64,000 nucleotides of DNA. Source: an uncultured Chthonomonadaceae bacterium. Lineage in GTDB: Bacteria; Armatimonadota; Chthonomonadetes; Chthonomonadales; Chthonomonadaceae. This document shows positions 47,715 through 58,175 of this stretch, piece by piece. The stretch covers positions 128,001 through 192,000 of the forward strand of contig CAWFQB010000014.1 in the NCBI GenBank assembly GCA_963817895.1, in the 5' to 3' direction. How positions within the stretch are numbered: position 1 is the stretch's first letter; every line of letters begins with the position of its first letter. Below the pieces are notes generated by a model, which ran no database searches, was not told the DNA's origin, and saw only the letters and a list, made by a program, of their open reading frames with translations. A program made the position numbers and the translations under genes.

Positions 47715-50528
47715 ATGGTTCGCAAACAAAAAAAATATAATTTGAGCTGGCCTTTATGTTGGGCTTGATTGCCGGTGGAAGCATGCTTGCTCCCGGGTAT
47801 GGCGCGCGCGCAGGATGATAATCTCTCTCCCCGCGATTTCCGAGACGAGGGCGGGGCGCGACAGCAGGATGATGTAGCTCCCGTTGGGGACGCGCAGGAA
47901 CAGAACGCCAATCAGGGCGTGGTTCGGCTGGCGCGTTTTTCGTATGTAAAGGGCAATGTGACGTGGCGGGCGGATCAGGGATTGGAATGGTCGGCGGCGA
48001 CAACCAACCTGCCTGTCCGACAGGATGCCCAGATATGGGTGACGAACGGCGGACGGGCGGAACTGCAATTCGACGACGGCAGCGTTCTCCGATTGGGCAA
48101 TGGCGCTCTGGTGACGCTGAAAACGCTGTTCAGTGACGAAGATGGCGAGTTCACGCAGATCACGCTCAACGAGGGACTGGCGACGCTGCGCGCCCGGCAT
48201 GAGCGTGGCGTGTATCGTATTGACACGCCGCTTGCTTCCGTGACCGCCAAAGGCCCTGCCAAAGTACGCTTCGGCATCGGGGACGGTTTGGAAGTCGCGG
48301 TTCGGCAGGGGCAGGCGAACGTGGAGGGCAACGCGGGCAAGGTGACGCTGGAATCCGGCGATTATCTGGATTTGCGCGACGCGAATACGCCGCTCGACCC
48401 GCGCCGATTGCCGGGACTGGACAACTGGGATCAGTGGAATGAGGAGCGCGACAATGTGATGGATGGCAGCAGTCAGCGGCCTTCCCATCGTTATCTGCCG
48501 GCTAACATTGAAATTGTCGCCAACAATTTAGATGATTACGGCTCCTGGCGCAATGACCCGGAATATGGAAATGTCTGGTGTCCCCGTGTCACCTCGGCGG
48601 ATTGGCGTCCGTATCATGAGGGGCATTGGACGTGGGTTAGTCCGTTCGGGTGGACATGGGTTTCGGATGAGGCGTGGGGCTGGGCGCCGTACCATTATGG
48701 AACCTGGGTGTCTCGCGGCTACGGGTGGGCCTGGTGTCCCGGCCCGGTCAATCAATACTGGAGTCCTGCAGTCGTGCATTTCTCCGAGTACGATGACCGC
48801 GTAGCGTGGTGCGCCCTTGCGCCCCGCGAAGTGCGCTATCCGTCTGTATTGTCTATCGGGTTCCGCAGCGGCAACTGGTCAACGTTCTTCTCTATAGGGC
48901 AGGCCGCCGTATACTATCCGACCTACAACAACTATTGTGAGGCGCGTCCCTTCCGAACCGGGTACGTCAACCACGTCACGTATGTCAATAACGTGACGAA
49001 CGTGTACAACAACGGTTCGCCTTCGTTCAACCGGTACTACAACTCGGCGGAGTTTGCTGCGTCTAACCATAACACGTATTTGCAGCGCAGCCAGTTTGTG
49101 CCGTATAACGCGCGAAATGCGGCAGGCGTAACAGCGGTTGCGACATCGGGATTTGGACGAAGGACGGCGTATGACATCGTTCCCCGAGCTAATGGCGCAA
49201 CCGTGTTTACCAGCGGGCGAACGGTAGCGGCTCCGGCGCGAGGGAGTATGCCCGTCGCGGGGCCGGTTGGCGCGCGTCCGACGCGGGAAGCGCTGACGCC
49301 GACCCATACGTTTATCGCCAATACGCAGCCTTCGCCGCGAGCGATAGCGCGTCCTGTCTTTCAGGCTCCGCTGCCTGCCACAATAGCGCGGCGGGCGGCT
49401 CCGATTACCCCCTCCGGGCAGGCCATACGGCAAGACCCGATCAGGCAGACGACACGAACGGGACAGAATGGCGTGAACGCGCCGGTAACAAACAACCGTG
49501 AAAGTGGACGCCCGACCGTTTCGAGCGGCAATGCTTCCGGCAATAACGGTCGCCCCCTGCCTCCGACGTATTCGACGGGAAGCGGCGGGTACAATCGAAA
49601 TGGTTCTGGTTCAAGTGGCGGAACGGTCAATGATGGCAGTACAGGCGGTTTCAACAGGAACCCGCGACCCGGCGTGAACACGGGCCGTGCCGGACAGGAG
49701 AGTACGACCAGTACCGGCACGAACGGCTCACCCACGAATAACAGCGGAACCTCGCGTTTCTCACATTCTGGCGATAGCGGCAGAACGAACACGGGCGCGA
49801 ACAGCGCGGCGGAAGAGGCGCGACGAGCGCGCGGCACATTGGGATTACCAACAGGCCGCGCTTCATCGGGCAACGGGAACGGCGGAAGCAACACCGGCAG
49901 CACAGGTTCATTCGGCAACCCGCGCAACCCCGCATCGGGAACGCAGGACGGTTCAACTCGTCGCAACGGAAGCGATACACAAACCTACCGCCCGAATAGC
50001 GGCAGTACCGGCAGTCCAAATGGGACGGGAAGCGGTTCCGGTTCAAGCACAACTGGCCGGACAGGTAATTCAGGATCGGGTGATACGCGGTGGTCCGCGG
50101 AACGGGCAAGAGGGCGGGGAGAGGACACCCGAACGTCTGCGCCGCCCACGCGAACGGGAGGCGATACTTCGCAAAGAACTTACACGCCGCCGCAGCGAAC
50201 AGGAGGAGATAGCAGCCCACGCGCCTCCTCACCGCCAACGCGCACAGGGGGCGATCCTGCGCCCCGCTCGTATGCGCCGCCCACGCGCGGCGACAGCGAA
50301 TCGTATCCGCGCGGCAATGCGCCCCGGTCGAATGGTGGCAGCGCGCCCGTAACACGGAGTAGTGGCGAAGGAGGTTCTCATACTTCGCCTCCGCCACCGT
50401 CGCGCTCCAGAGATAATGAGTCATCGAGCCGCCCGTCTAACCCGCCACGAGAGCGATCTGGCGGGAACGACAAGAGCGACAAGAGCGACAAGAGCGACAA
50501 AGACAAAGGTGGTAGGAACGGAAGATAG
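47715..50528 (+). CDS. Secreted FecR-like + DUF6600-type protein with a long disordered tail (indels in the signal-peptide region)
   Basis: VRLARFSYV.G.V, RAELQFDDGS.LRL (FecR-like); LDDYGSW...YG.VW.P, WRPY..G.W.WV...GWTWVS.E.WGWAPYHYG.W (DUF6600-like); about 400 aa G/S/T/R-rich tail with PPTRTGGD and DKS repeats. RBS and ATG at 47715; the main ORF starts at 47769. Confidence 0.85.
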
Positions 50529-50590
50529 TTGAGAGTTGAGGGATAAACTTCCCGAATGGTAGAAACACCATTCGGGAAGTTTTTGTCTTG

Positions 50591-50680
50591 CCCTCACCCG
50601 GGCGCCCACTTGTGGACATCCCTTCTCCCACAAAGGCGGATTTCAAAGCGAAGCCGAAATCCGCAACATGGGGGAGGAGC
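50591..50680. repeat. Family A/B-related composite palindrome
   Basis: CCCTCACCC-GGGCGCCCACTTGTGGACAT-CCCTTCTCCCA...GCGGATTTC..GAAATCCGC...TGGGGGAGGAG. Confidence 0.65.
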
Positions 50681-50718
50681 TAATTTCGCGCTTCAAGATG
50701 GTGTTGAACAGTTTAAAA

Positions 50719-51405
50719 TTATTCGGGGTGTGACGAGGAAGGGGGTTGAGTGGCTGTATCTGTTGGGGCAGAGTGATCGGGGCGCAGGTGATGCCAGAGC
50801 CAGAAGCCGAAGAGAGCGAGAATGACAACGCCGATTACGCCGTCGGCTTTGTGGAAGTAGGGCTTGAGGCTGTCAAGGTTGTCGCCTACCTGTATGCCGA
50901 GCCATGCGAGGAAGTAACACCAGGGTACGGAACCGAGGAAGGATAAAACAACAAAAGGCGCGAACGGCATACGCGCAATTCCGGCAGGCAGGGAAATAAA
51001 GGTGCGAACGACGGGCAGCAGACGCGCAATAAACACTGTGGCGACGCCGCGCTTTGCAAACCAGGCTTCAGCCTTCTCTACATCATGGCGGCGCAGCAGA
51101 ATGTATTTGCCGTATTTGAAGACGAACTCGCGCCCGCCTTTCGCGCCCACCCCATAGGCGACTGCGCTGCCCAACGCGCAGCCCAATGCGCCGGCAAGAG
51201 CAACCAGATGGAAATTCATCGGGTTGGGATTGACGCGATGCGCGATAGTGGCAAGGGTCAACGCGCCCGCAAATGGCATGATAACTTCGCTCGGCAGGGG
51301 AATACACGCGCTTTCCAGCGCCATCAGCAGAATATACGCCAAGATAGCCGCCGCTGCTGATGACGGATTTAATCCAGTTGCCAAGCGCTTCAAGAATATG
51401 TTCCA
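50719..51405 (-). CDS. DedA family membrane protein (one indel near the 5' end)
   Basis: Motifs LMALESACIPLPSEVIMPFAG, G...GS.VAY.VG..GGR and ARLLPVVRTFISLPAG. The N-terminus LEHILEALGNWIKSVISSGGY is in the adjacent frame. Confidence 0.9.
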   Translation of the reverse strand, partial: WNIFLKRLATGLNPSSAAAAILAYILLMALESACIPLPSEVIMPFAGALTLATIAHRVNPNPMNFHLVALAGALGCALGSAVAYGVGAKGGREFVFKYGKYILLRRHDVEKAEAWFAKRGVATVFIARLLPVVRTFISLPAGIARMPFAPFVVLSFLGSVPWCYFLAWLGIQVGDNLDSLKPYFHKADGVIGVVILALFGFWLWHHLRPDHSAPTDTATQPPSSSHPE

Positions 51406-51439
51406 ATCTTCTTTCCTTTTGTATGTCTTCAGGGTTTTC

Positions 51440-52708
51440 AAGTTTTTCGATGAGGGATTGGCTTACGGTTTCCCAATCCAGTTCGGTGTCTGTATCGTGC
51501 CGGGTTCGTGATGAAAAATCGGCTGTGGGCGCGTCGTAGTGGTGGCTGCGGGCGCGTTCATAGACGCCAAGCACGTTTTGAACCATGCGTTCCGGCGTGT
51601 AGGTGAGCGCGTTGGCGCGGGCGTTGGCCCGCATGGTCGCGCGTAATTCCGGGTTGGTCAATAATTGTACCACGCGGGCGGTAAAGGCGGTGGTGTCGCC
51701 GCAGGGAACTCGGAACCCATCTTCGCCGTCGCGCACGGTTTCGGGCGCGCCTCCGGCATCCACCACGACACAGGGCGCTCCGGCGGCGCGAGCCTCGCCG
51801 ATCACCAGTCCCTGCGTTTCCGATGCGGAGGGGAAGCAGAACACATCGCAGGCGGCAAAAAGTTCATCAAGTTGATGTCGGGGCGTTGGCCCCGGAAACA
51901 ATACGCTGTCGCCAAAAGACGAGGCAGCTGATTTAGCCTCTTCAAGGTAAGAACCGCCGCCTACAATCGCCAGTCGCGCAGTGGGAACTTGCGCGCGAAC
52001 ATTGCCAAACACCTCCAGAAGCCAGTCTATATTCTTTTCGCGCGCAATGCGTCCGGCGTATACCATCAGGGGCGCGTGGACGCTGACGCCGATACGCTTG
52101 CGCGCCTGCCGCTGTGCCTGTTCCGTCAGGGCTTCACGCGGGGGCAGGGGAACGCCCGTTGGAATAACCGTGATGGGGCGCGTGACCCCGTAACTGCGCA
52201 GGGTTTGCGCGGCCACTTCCGAGGGGCAAATGATTTCCGTGCAGCGATTGTAATACCAGGGCAGGTAGTGTTCCACAAGAGATTGGGTCATGCTGTCGGG
52301 CAGCAGCGGTACATAGTGCGTGTACTGCGCGTACAGCGTGTGAAAGGTGGATACCAGTGGCACATTGCGCCGAATGGCGAGTTTTCCGCCCGTCAACCCC
52401 ATCACAAACGGCGTATGGGTATGAACAACATCCAGTTTCAATCGGTCGAAATGCGTTTCCAGCGCCATGCGCGGCAGAAAGGGATAGGCGACCGGGTATT
52501 CGCGATTGAAGGCCGAAACAAACGAGGGGAACCGCAGCACGTTGGATTCCGAAACAGGCTGATGCTCATGGGCGGGCGCAAATACGCAGATATGATGGTT
52601 CAGGGCGCGTAATCCGGCAATCAGCGTCAGAACTGAGGTGGAGACGCCATTTTGCACGGGATGAAACGACTCGGAAAACATGCCGATGCGGTAGCCGTTC
52701 TGCTGCAT
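51440..52708 (-). CDS. GT4 glycosyltransferase (diacylglycerol glucosyltransferase-like); 3' end uncertain
   Basis: Motifs RIGMFSESFHPVQNGVSTS, VVHTHTPF, HTLY..Y.HY, YAGRIAREKN and FPS.SETQGLV..EA.AAG.P. Confidence 0.9.
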
Positions 52709-52739
52709 TGTTCGCGCTGGGCGAGAAGGGAGCGGCCAT

Positions 52740-54021
52740 CTAGATCTTAAGTTCTTTCCCGTTGTCTTCGGCAAAATCGGCGTCCAAGCAGAGCGGCGCG
52801 GCTCTTCCGCCTGGCGGTCGGCGGCAAGCGCGGCCTGCTGTGTTTCTAAAAAGGTCAGAATGTCGGATAGACGGAAACGGCGCTGACGGGTTTCCTTTTC
52901 CGCCGGCATACACGCTTTCTCCCGCGTTTCGAGTGGCGCGATCCGGCTCTTTGCGATAATAGGTGAGAATGCCCTTGTTGGTATAGCGGCGTACCGTTGT
53001 GGGGCAGACATTCAGCAGGCGCGCGGTATCTTCGAGGGATAAAATGGGGTCAAGCAGCCGCTCGATAAGTTCGTGCCGTTTCTCCTGAAAGGGCCGCTTG
53101 TAGGAGGATTGCGCCACTTCCTGCTCTTCTTCCAGTCGTTCCAGTGATAACAGCGTTTGAACATGGCGCGGAACAGCGGCCCATAGTTCGGGGCGGACAG
53201 GCCGGAGGGGACGTTTTCGGGGCGAACATTGCGCGCATGGCGGGCGCGGGAACGTGGATGTACGCCGCTCTGCGTTTAAACTTCCTGCGTTGTTTCATCC
53301 TGCGATAGCTCTTCCGTTGTAGTCTCGCACGAGTCGCGCATTGTTGTTTTCTTCATTGCAGATTGGGGCGGGAGAGGGTGATGCGACTATGGAGGATGGC
53401 GGCGGAGGTATCCGGCAGGGAAGGCGCGGAATGGGAGGCAGGAAGATAGTTGGCGAAAGAGGGAATATCCGTGTCTATGTCCTCGATGGGCTGGAACAGG
53501 TTGCGCTCACGGAGATTATCGCTTGCCGATGGCATTAGCGAGTTTTCATCTGCGGCAGGGCGGTTCGCTGGCTCGGAAGACGTATCCAATCCAACGGATT
53601 GACTGCGGCGGCGTGTGCGATTGCTGATTTCAGGCTGACCATTGTTTTGCGGACTGCGCAGGGGTTTGGTCGGGCAGTGGAGTCAACAGTTCGATGCGGG
53701 GTGCGCGGGCGGCAGGCGTGGAAATAAGATCGGGCGACAGTTGGCGGCGTGACAAGCATCGTGACAACATTTTGTATGGCGTTGGGAGTGGTTTCAGGTC
53801 TTGCCCCCTGGTCAAGGTGGTATCCATCAGCAACGGTTCCGGCCTGTCAATCGCCGGGGCGGCGTGTATAGGGTCGGCTGACCGGCTTGGGCATTCGCCT
53901 CGACCTCTTCGGATGGGCAGAAATTCAAGAAAGCGGGGACAGCGCTTGTTTGATTGGTTTCGGAGCGGGAACGACTTCTTGTTCCTCGTCCAGAAACTGT
54001 GACCCGATATACTTTTGCCAT
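52740..54021 (-). CDS. MerR/excisionase-like HTH protein with a long disordered N-terminus (several indels)
   Basis: LIERLLDPILSLEDTARLLNVCPTTVRRYTNKGIL, then QRRFRLSDIL.FL in the next frame. Upstream Pro/Ala/Arg-rich fragments run back to ATG 54021. Full extent is inferred. Confidence 0.6.
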
Positions 54022-54064
54022 TCATCCAGCCGCACGGCAGTCAATCCTTCCGGTGAAACAATAG

Positions 54065-54110
54065 CCCTCAACCCCCGGCCCCTTCTCCCCAAAAAGCCTG
54101 GGAGAAGGGG
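54065..54110. repeat. Family-A palindromic repeat
   Basis: CCCTCAACCCCCGGCCCCTTCTCCCCAAAAAGCCTGGGAGAAGGGG. Confidence 0.88.
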
Positions 54111-54127
54111 AGAGAATTTTTAATTGT

Positions 54128-55190
54128 TTAAATAATGAGCATGGCGTCGCCAAAACTGTAAAAGCGATACTGTTCGCGTACCGGCTTCGGCATACGCGGC
54201 CATAATGTTTTCGCGGCCTGCCAGCGCGGAGATGAGCATCAGCAGGGTGGAGCGCGGCAGATGAAAGTTGGTGATCAAGCCATCTACGGCGCGAAATTTG
54301 TAACCCGGCGTGATGAATAAGCGCGTTTCTCCTGTGAAGGGAGCGACGCGCGCGGAATTGTCTGTTCCGGCATGTTTGGGCGGCGGATTTCAAGGGCGCG
54401 AACGCTGGTGGTTCCGACTGCAATGATGCGACCCTGTGTGGCGTTGATAATCTGCGCCGCTTCGTCTGAAACCGTAACCCATTCGCCGTGCATCTGATGC
54501 GTGTTGGTATCTTCGGTCTTGACGGGGCGAAATGTGTCCACGCCGACGTGCAGGGTGACGCGGGCGATATTGAATTCCCTGCGCCTGCGCCTGGTTAAGC
54601 ATGGCATCCGTGAAGTGCAGTCCGGCGGTGGGCGCGGCGGCGGAACCGTTATGGCGGGCGTAAACCGTCTGGTAACGCTCTTCTGCGGCTGTGGGCAGGG
54701 GCGTATGGATGTACGGGGGCAGGGGAGAAGAACCCCACAAGCCGACCCTGTCTCTGGCGGCGGCATCGGCAAATTCCAGCAGTCGCCCGCCCTCTTCCGT
54801 TTCCCCGACAATCCGCGCGGTTTCCTGAGCTACTCCGCTCTGCGTTTCGTCAACTTCCGGCCCGACCAGCGTAAGGTTTACGCCTTCGCGTAATGACCGA
54901 CCGGGTTTGACAAGCGCGGCCCATTGGCGTTCACCAACAGGGCGCAGCAGCAGAACTTCCGCTTCGTGTCCAGATGGGCGCAGTCCGCGCAGTCGGCGGG
55001 CAATTACGCGGGTATCGTTGACAACCAGCGTATCTCCAGCGTTCAGGTACGCCAGCAGGTCTGGGAACCGGCGGTGTTCAATATGTCCGTTCGCCCGATG
55101 CAGAACGAGCAGGCGCAACTCGCCACGCGGCAGGGGCGTTTGCGCGATTAATTCCGGTGGTAAAAAGTAGTCGAAAAGGTCAGTCCGCAT
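54128..55190 (-). CDS. queA: S-adenosylmethionine:tRNA ribosyltransferase-isomerase (several indels)
   Basis: Motifs [80 protein letters not shown] and terminal GDAMLII. Confidence 0.93.
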
Positions 55191-55281
55191 AGCAGCATGG
55201 CGTCAGGCACAATGACAAACCGTACAGATCATTACTTCGCCCTTATACGGCGAAGGAGTTTACAGCGAAAAAGTTGAGGGT

Positions 55282-55311
55282 AGTATAGCGTTTATAGCTG
55301 GCTGCTGTCAA
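55282..55311 (-). promoter_or_regulatory. Sigma70-type promoter candidate for queA
   Basis: On the minus strand TTGACA (55311-55306), 18 nt, TATACT (55287-55282). Confidence 0.55.
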
Positions 55312-55380
55312 CGCCTTTGTACAGGTTTACGGCGAAAATACATGCCAACCTTGTATCGTGGTCGAATGTACAAAAGGGAC

Positions 55381-56346
55381 TCAGGAAGATTTTGCGCCGG
55401 TAAGCAGAGCGGCGGGAATATCCTCTATGGGAATACCAAGTTCCAGATAAGCTTGTCGCAGGCGTTGCTTGACGAGGGGAACATCATCGGCAGGAATGTC
55501 AAGCTGGCGGGTATCTGAAGTGAGTTGGGACGCGGCTGCCATCAGCATGTCGGGATCGGCGACGCCATCGGGATTTCGATAGGCCAGTTTCCATGTGGAA
55601 GCGTCATTGGGATTGGCGACATACGCATAGCATTGCGGAACATTGGGCGTGGCTTGCGCGGCGGATTGGGCGGCGAGGGCTTCGGGACGTATGACTTCCT
55701 GTTGCAGCACATCCAGCAACACTTGACGCTCGACGCGAAAATTAGCGGTTCGCATCAACTCACGGCGAAGCAGGTTGAGGATGTCTTCGGAGAGGAGCAG
55801 GGAGGCAATGCGGCCCGGATTGAGCGCGTGGACGCGCTGCCAGTAGTATTCCAGCGCGTTTTGTTCCATGCCCTCCCGGCTGACAAGCAAAAAGTAAGTG
55901 GTTTTTTCTTCCAGTGAAACTGCGTCGGAAAGGGATACGCGGAAGACCAGTTCAGGGTGACGATCCGGGCCGACTCCAAGCCGGTAACACGCCCAGTAAT
56001 CCGCGTTGGAAAGCAGCGCCCACTGGCAGTAGTTGGGCGTGTTAGCCCCACTCAGGCGCAGCAGATGCGCGGCGTGGGGTACGATGCCAACGGCTTTCAC
56101 GAGCAGGAGGAATTGCAGGCGGCCATTCAGCAGGACGGCGTGATCCGCGTGTGGGCCGCGTATGCTCGACTCGGCGGTAACATCAAAGAAGGGGTCGTAG
56201 CCCAGCATGTCGCCAAGCATGGCTTTGACTATATCTGCGGTATCCCGCTCGTTCATGCCGCGTTGCCGCGCCTGATGGACAATGCGGCTGTACTTTTTGA
56301 TTCCGTCTTGAATTCGGGTACGGGTCTGATCGCTGATACGAAGCAT
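55381..56346 (-). CDS. HsdR N-terminal-like (PD-(D/E)xK) protein with degenerate active site and an extra C-terminal domain
   Basis: NERDT..IV..ML.D.LGYD.F.DVTAE..IRG..AD.AV...G...FLLLVKAVG, with Leu where the E of ExK is expected, and WALLSNA..W..Y. Confidence 0.7.
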   Translation of the reverse strand: MLRISDQTRTRIQDGIKKYSRIVHQARQRGMNERDTADIVKAMLGDMLGYDPFFDVTAESSIRGPHADHAVLLNGRLQFLLLVKAVGIVPHAAHLLRLSGANTPNYCQWALLSNADYWACYRLGVGPDRHPELVFRVSLSDAVSLEEKTTYFLLVSREGMEQNALEYYWQRVHALNPGRIASLLLSEDILNLLRRELMRTANFRVERQVLLDVLQQEVIRPEALAAQSAAQATPNVPQCYAYVANPNDASTWKLAYRNPDGVADPDMLMAAASQLTSDTRQLDIPADDVPLVKQRLRQAYLELGIPIEDIPAALLTGAKSS

Positions 56347-56487
56347 ACTGCCTCCTCAGAATGTCTTCTTTCCCGGTTTCTGCTGCCACAGAACGGGAAA
56401 CTGTTAAAAATTTCAGCGGAATCAACAGGAGATACTTCTACAAAGGGGACGCCGTGTTAATACAGACGAGATGGTCAACAAAATGGG

Positions 56488-56814
56488 TTAGTCGAATTCC
56501 CACAGAGAAACATACAAGGTATCGTCTTCTACGTGAACTTCGTAAACGGGCAGGCCGTAGCCTCCTACCGTGAGACAATCGCCCGTTTTTGGATCGAACG
56601 CATAACCGTGACGACGACAGATAATGCGGTTTCGCTCGAGGGGCGCGCCTTGCAGGGAAGCGTTCTGGTGGGGACACACGCTGCCGACCGCATAGTATTT
56701 GCCCCCATGATAAAACACGGCGCACTCGCCGCCGTCCGTTCCGAGTTTGACAACGTGACAGGCATCGGGCAGAATATCGGCGGTTTTGGCGACAGCATAA
56801 CGCGCTTTACGCAT
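56488..56814 (-). CDS. Rieske [2Fe-2S] ferredoxin (NirD-like size)
   Basis: CPHQ...L......ICRRHGYAFD..TG. Confidence 0.9.
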   Translation of the reverse strand: MRKARYAVAKTADILPDACHVVKLGTDGGECAVFYHGGKYYAVGSVCPHQNASLQGAPLERNRIICRRHGYAFDPKTGDCLTVGGYGLPVYEVHVEDDTLYVSLWEFD

Positions 56815-56829
56815 GAATGGGAAGTCTCG

Positions 56830-57984
56830 CTATCCGCCTAATTGACTCATGTTGCGGCCAATGGGCATCATGCCGTCTTCAAGGCGATGTTCTTTGGGCT
56901 TGTGCAGTACGGTCAGGCGGAAAAGGTCGGCAATGGCTTCATCATCGGCTTTGCCGCGCAGAACAGAGCGCAAATCCACTTCGCCGTCCGCCATCAGGCA
57001 GGGGCGCAACTGGCCGTCGGCGGTGAGGCGCAGGCGGTTACAATTTTCGCACATGTCGTTGGTGATCTGGCTGATAAAGCCAACGGTTCCCAACGCGCCG
57101 GGTAAGCGGTAGGAACGGGCGGGGCCGTTGGTAATCACTTCAGCGGGCGACAGGGTTCCAAGCGCGTGTTCAATTTTGTCGCGCATCTCCTGAGTGGACA
57201 CAAACGCGCGGCGCATCTGGCGGGAATCGAGTTGTCCCGTTTGGCTGTCGGCGGCAGGCAGGGTAAAGCCGGAACGGAAGGAGTTTAGTCCGGCATTGGC
57301 GTACAGCGTGATGTTTGTATCGCGCCGATAACCCGGCGCGGCGGCAAGGGCGAACATGTCCGAGGTTCCGATTTCAGCCTGACTGTCATCGCCCTGACTC
57401 CAGTTGATGGGCATCAGTTCAATAAAGCGAACATCGAAAGGCTGTTCCAGCGTAATTCGGGCGAAGTCTACCACCTCATCGTCGTTCCAGTCGCGCATCA
57501 CAACGCAGTTTAATTTAATGGGAGTCAGCCCTGCCGCCTGCGCCGCCTGTATACCTTGCAGCACGTCGGACAGGTTGCCGCGCCGCGCAATGCGGGCGAA
57601 GCGTTCCGGCTTGAGTGTGTCCAGACTGATGTTGATTCGGTTCAGGCCATAGCGGGCAAAGTCCGTCGCGTAGCGTTCGAGCAGAAAGCCGTTGGTCGTC
57701 ATAGATAGATCGCGCAGGCCGGGAATTGCGCCGATTTTCTCGATGAGCAGATCAATGTCGCGGCGCACAAGGGGTTCCCCGCCCGTGAGACGAATTTTGC
57801 TCATGCCCAATCCTACGGCGATGCGGGCCAGCCGTTCGATCTCCTCATACGTGAGAATATCGGCTTTGGGCGCGACGGGAGCGCCCTCTTCGGGCATACA
57901 GTAGACGCAACGGAAATTGCAGCGGTCGGTAACGCTGATGCGGAGATAGTCTATAACCCGATTGTAGGAGTTGATCAGTGGCAT
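56830..57984 (-). CDS. moaA: GTP 3',8-cyclase
   Basis: Motifs YLRISVTDRCNFRCVYCMP, RLTGGEPL, NISLD, RFIELMP, C..CNRLRLTADG.LRPCL and terminal MSQLGG. Confidence 0.96.
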   Translation of the reverse strand: MPLINSYNRVIDYLRISVTDRCNFRCVYCMPEEGAPVAPKADILTYEEIERLARIAVGLGMSKIRLTGGEPLVRRDIDLLIEKIGAIPGLRDLSMTTNGFLLERYATDFARYGLNRINISLDTLKPERFARIARRGNLSDVLQGIQAAQAAGLTPIKLNCVVMRDWNDDEVVDFARITLEQPFDVRFIELMPINWSQGDDSQAEIGTSDMFALAAAPGYRRDTNITLYANAGLNSFRSGFTLPAADSQTGQLDSRQMRRAFVSTQEMRDKIEHALGTLSPAEVITNGPARSYRLPGALGTVGFISQITNDMCENCNRLRLTADGQLRPCLMADGEVDLRSVLRGKADDEAIADLFRLTVLHKPKEHRLEDGMMPIGRNMSQLGG

Positions 57985-58022
57985 GGTTAGACTATTATAC
58001 GCTACGAGAGGAACGATATTCG

Positions 58023-58051
58023 CCCTCTCCCAAAAAAGTCTGGAAGAGGGG
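58023..58051. repeat. Partial family-A palindrome
   Basis: CCCTCTCCCAAAAAAGTCTGGAAGAGGGG, directly next to the MITE at 58059. Confidence 0.7.
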
Positions 58052-58058
58052 CTAATTA

Positions 58059-58160
58059 GAGCCTATCCCAATAGGCGATTGCATTTGCGTCCGAAGGACG
58101 CTTGGCCGCAGGCCACTCAGACGGGTACGTTCTTTGTACCCGGCCTAATGGGATAGGCTC
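58059..58160. mobile_element. 102-bp MITE with TTA target-site duplication (IS5-type)
   Basis: TIR GAGCCTATCCCA(A)TAGGC / GCCTA(A)TGGGATAGGCTC, with TTA at 58056-58058 and 58161-58163. Three small internal hairpins. Confidence 0.8.
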
Positions 58161-58175
58161 TTAGTTTCAAAGGTA

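Noticed and set aside
47715..47768. In-frame TGA after a good start codon (also at 60461) as a sign of stop-codon recoding
   Set aside because: A better signal peptide is obtained with two compensating indels, and many intact genes in the window end in TGA.
50468..50505. 9-bp repeat CGACAAGAG as a mobile or regulatory repeat
   Set aside because: It is in frame and encodes DKSDKSDKSDKD in a low-complexity protein tail.
51083..53011. The 642-aa ORF as one protein
   Set aside because: It joins the HTH gene's C-terminus, the GT4 gene and the DedA N-terminus, and runs out of frame within DedA. Indels explain this best.
54128..55190. Functional link between queA and the tRNA-Tyr(GTA) module
   Set aside because: tRNA-Tyr is a queuosine substrate, but the genes are about 29 kb apart with unrelated genes between them.
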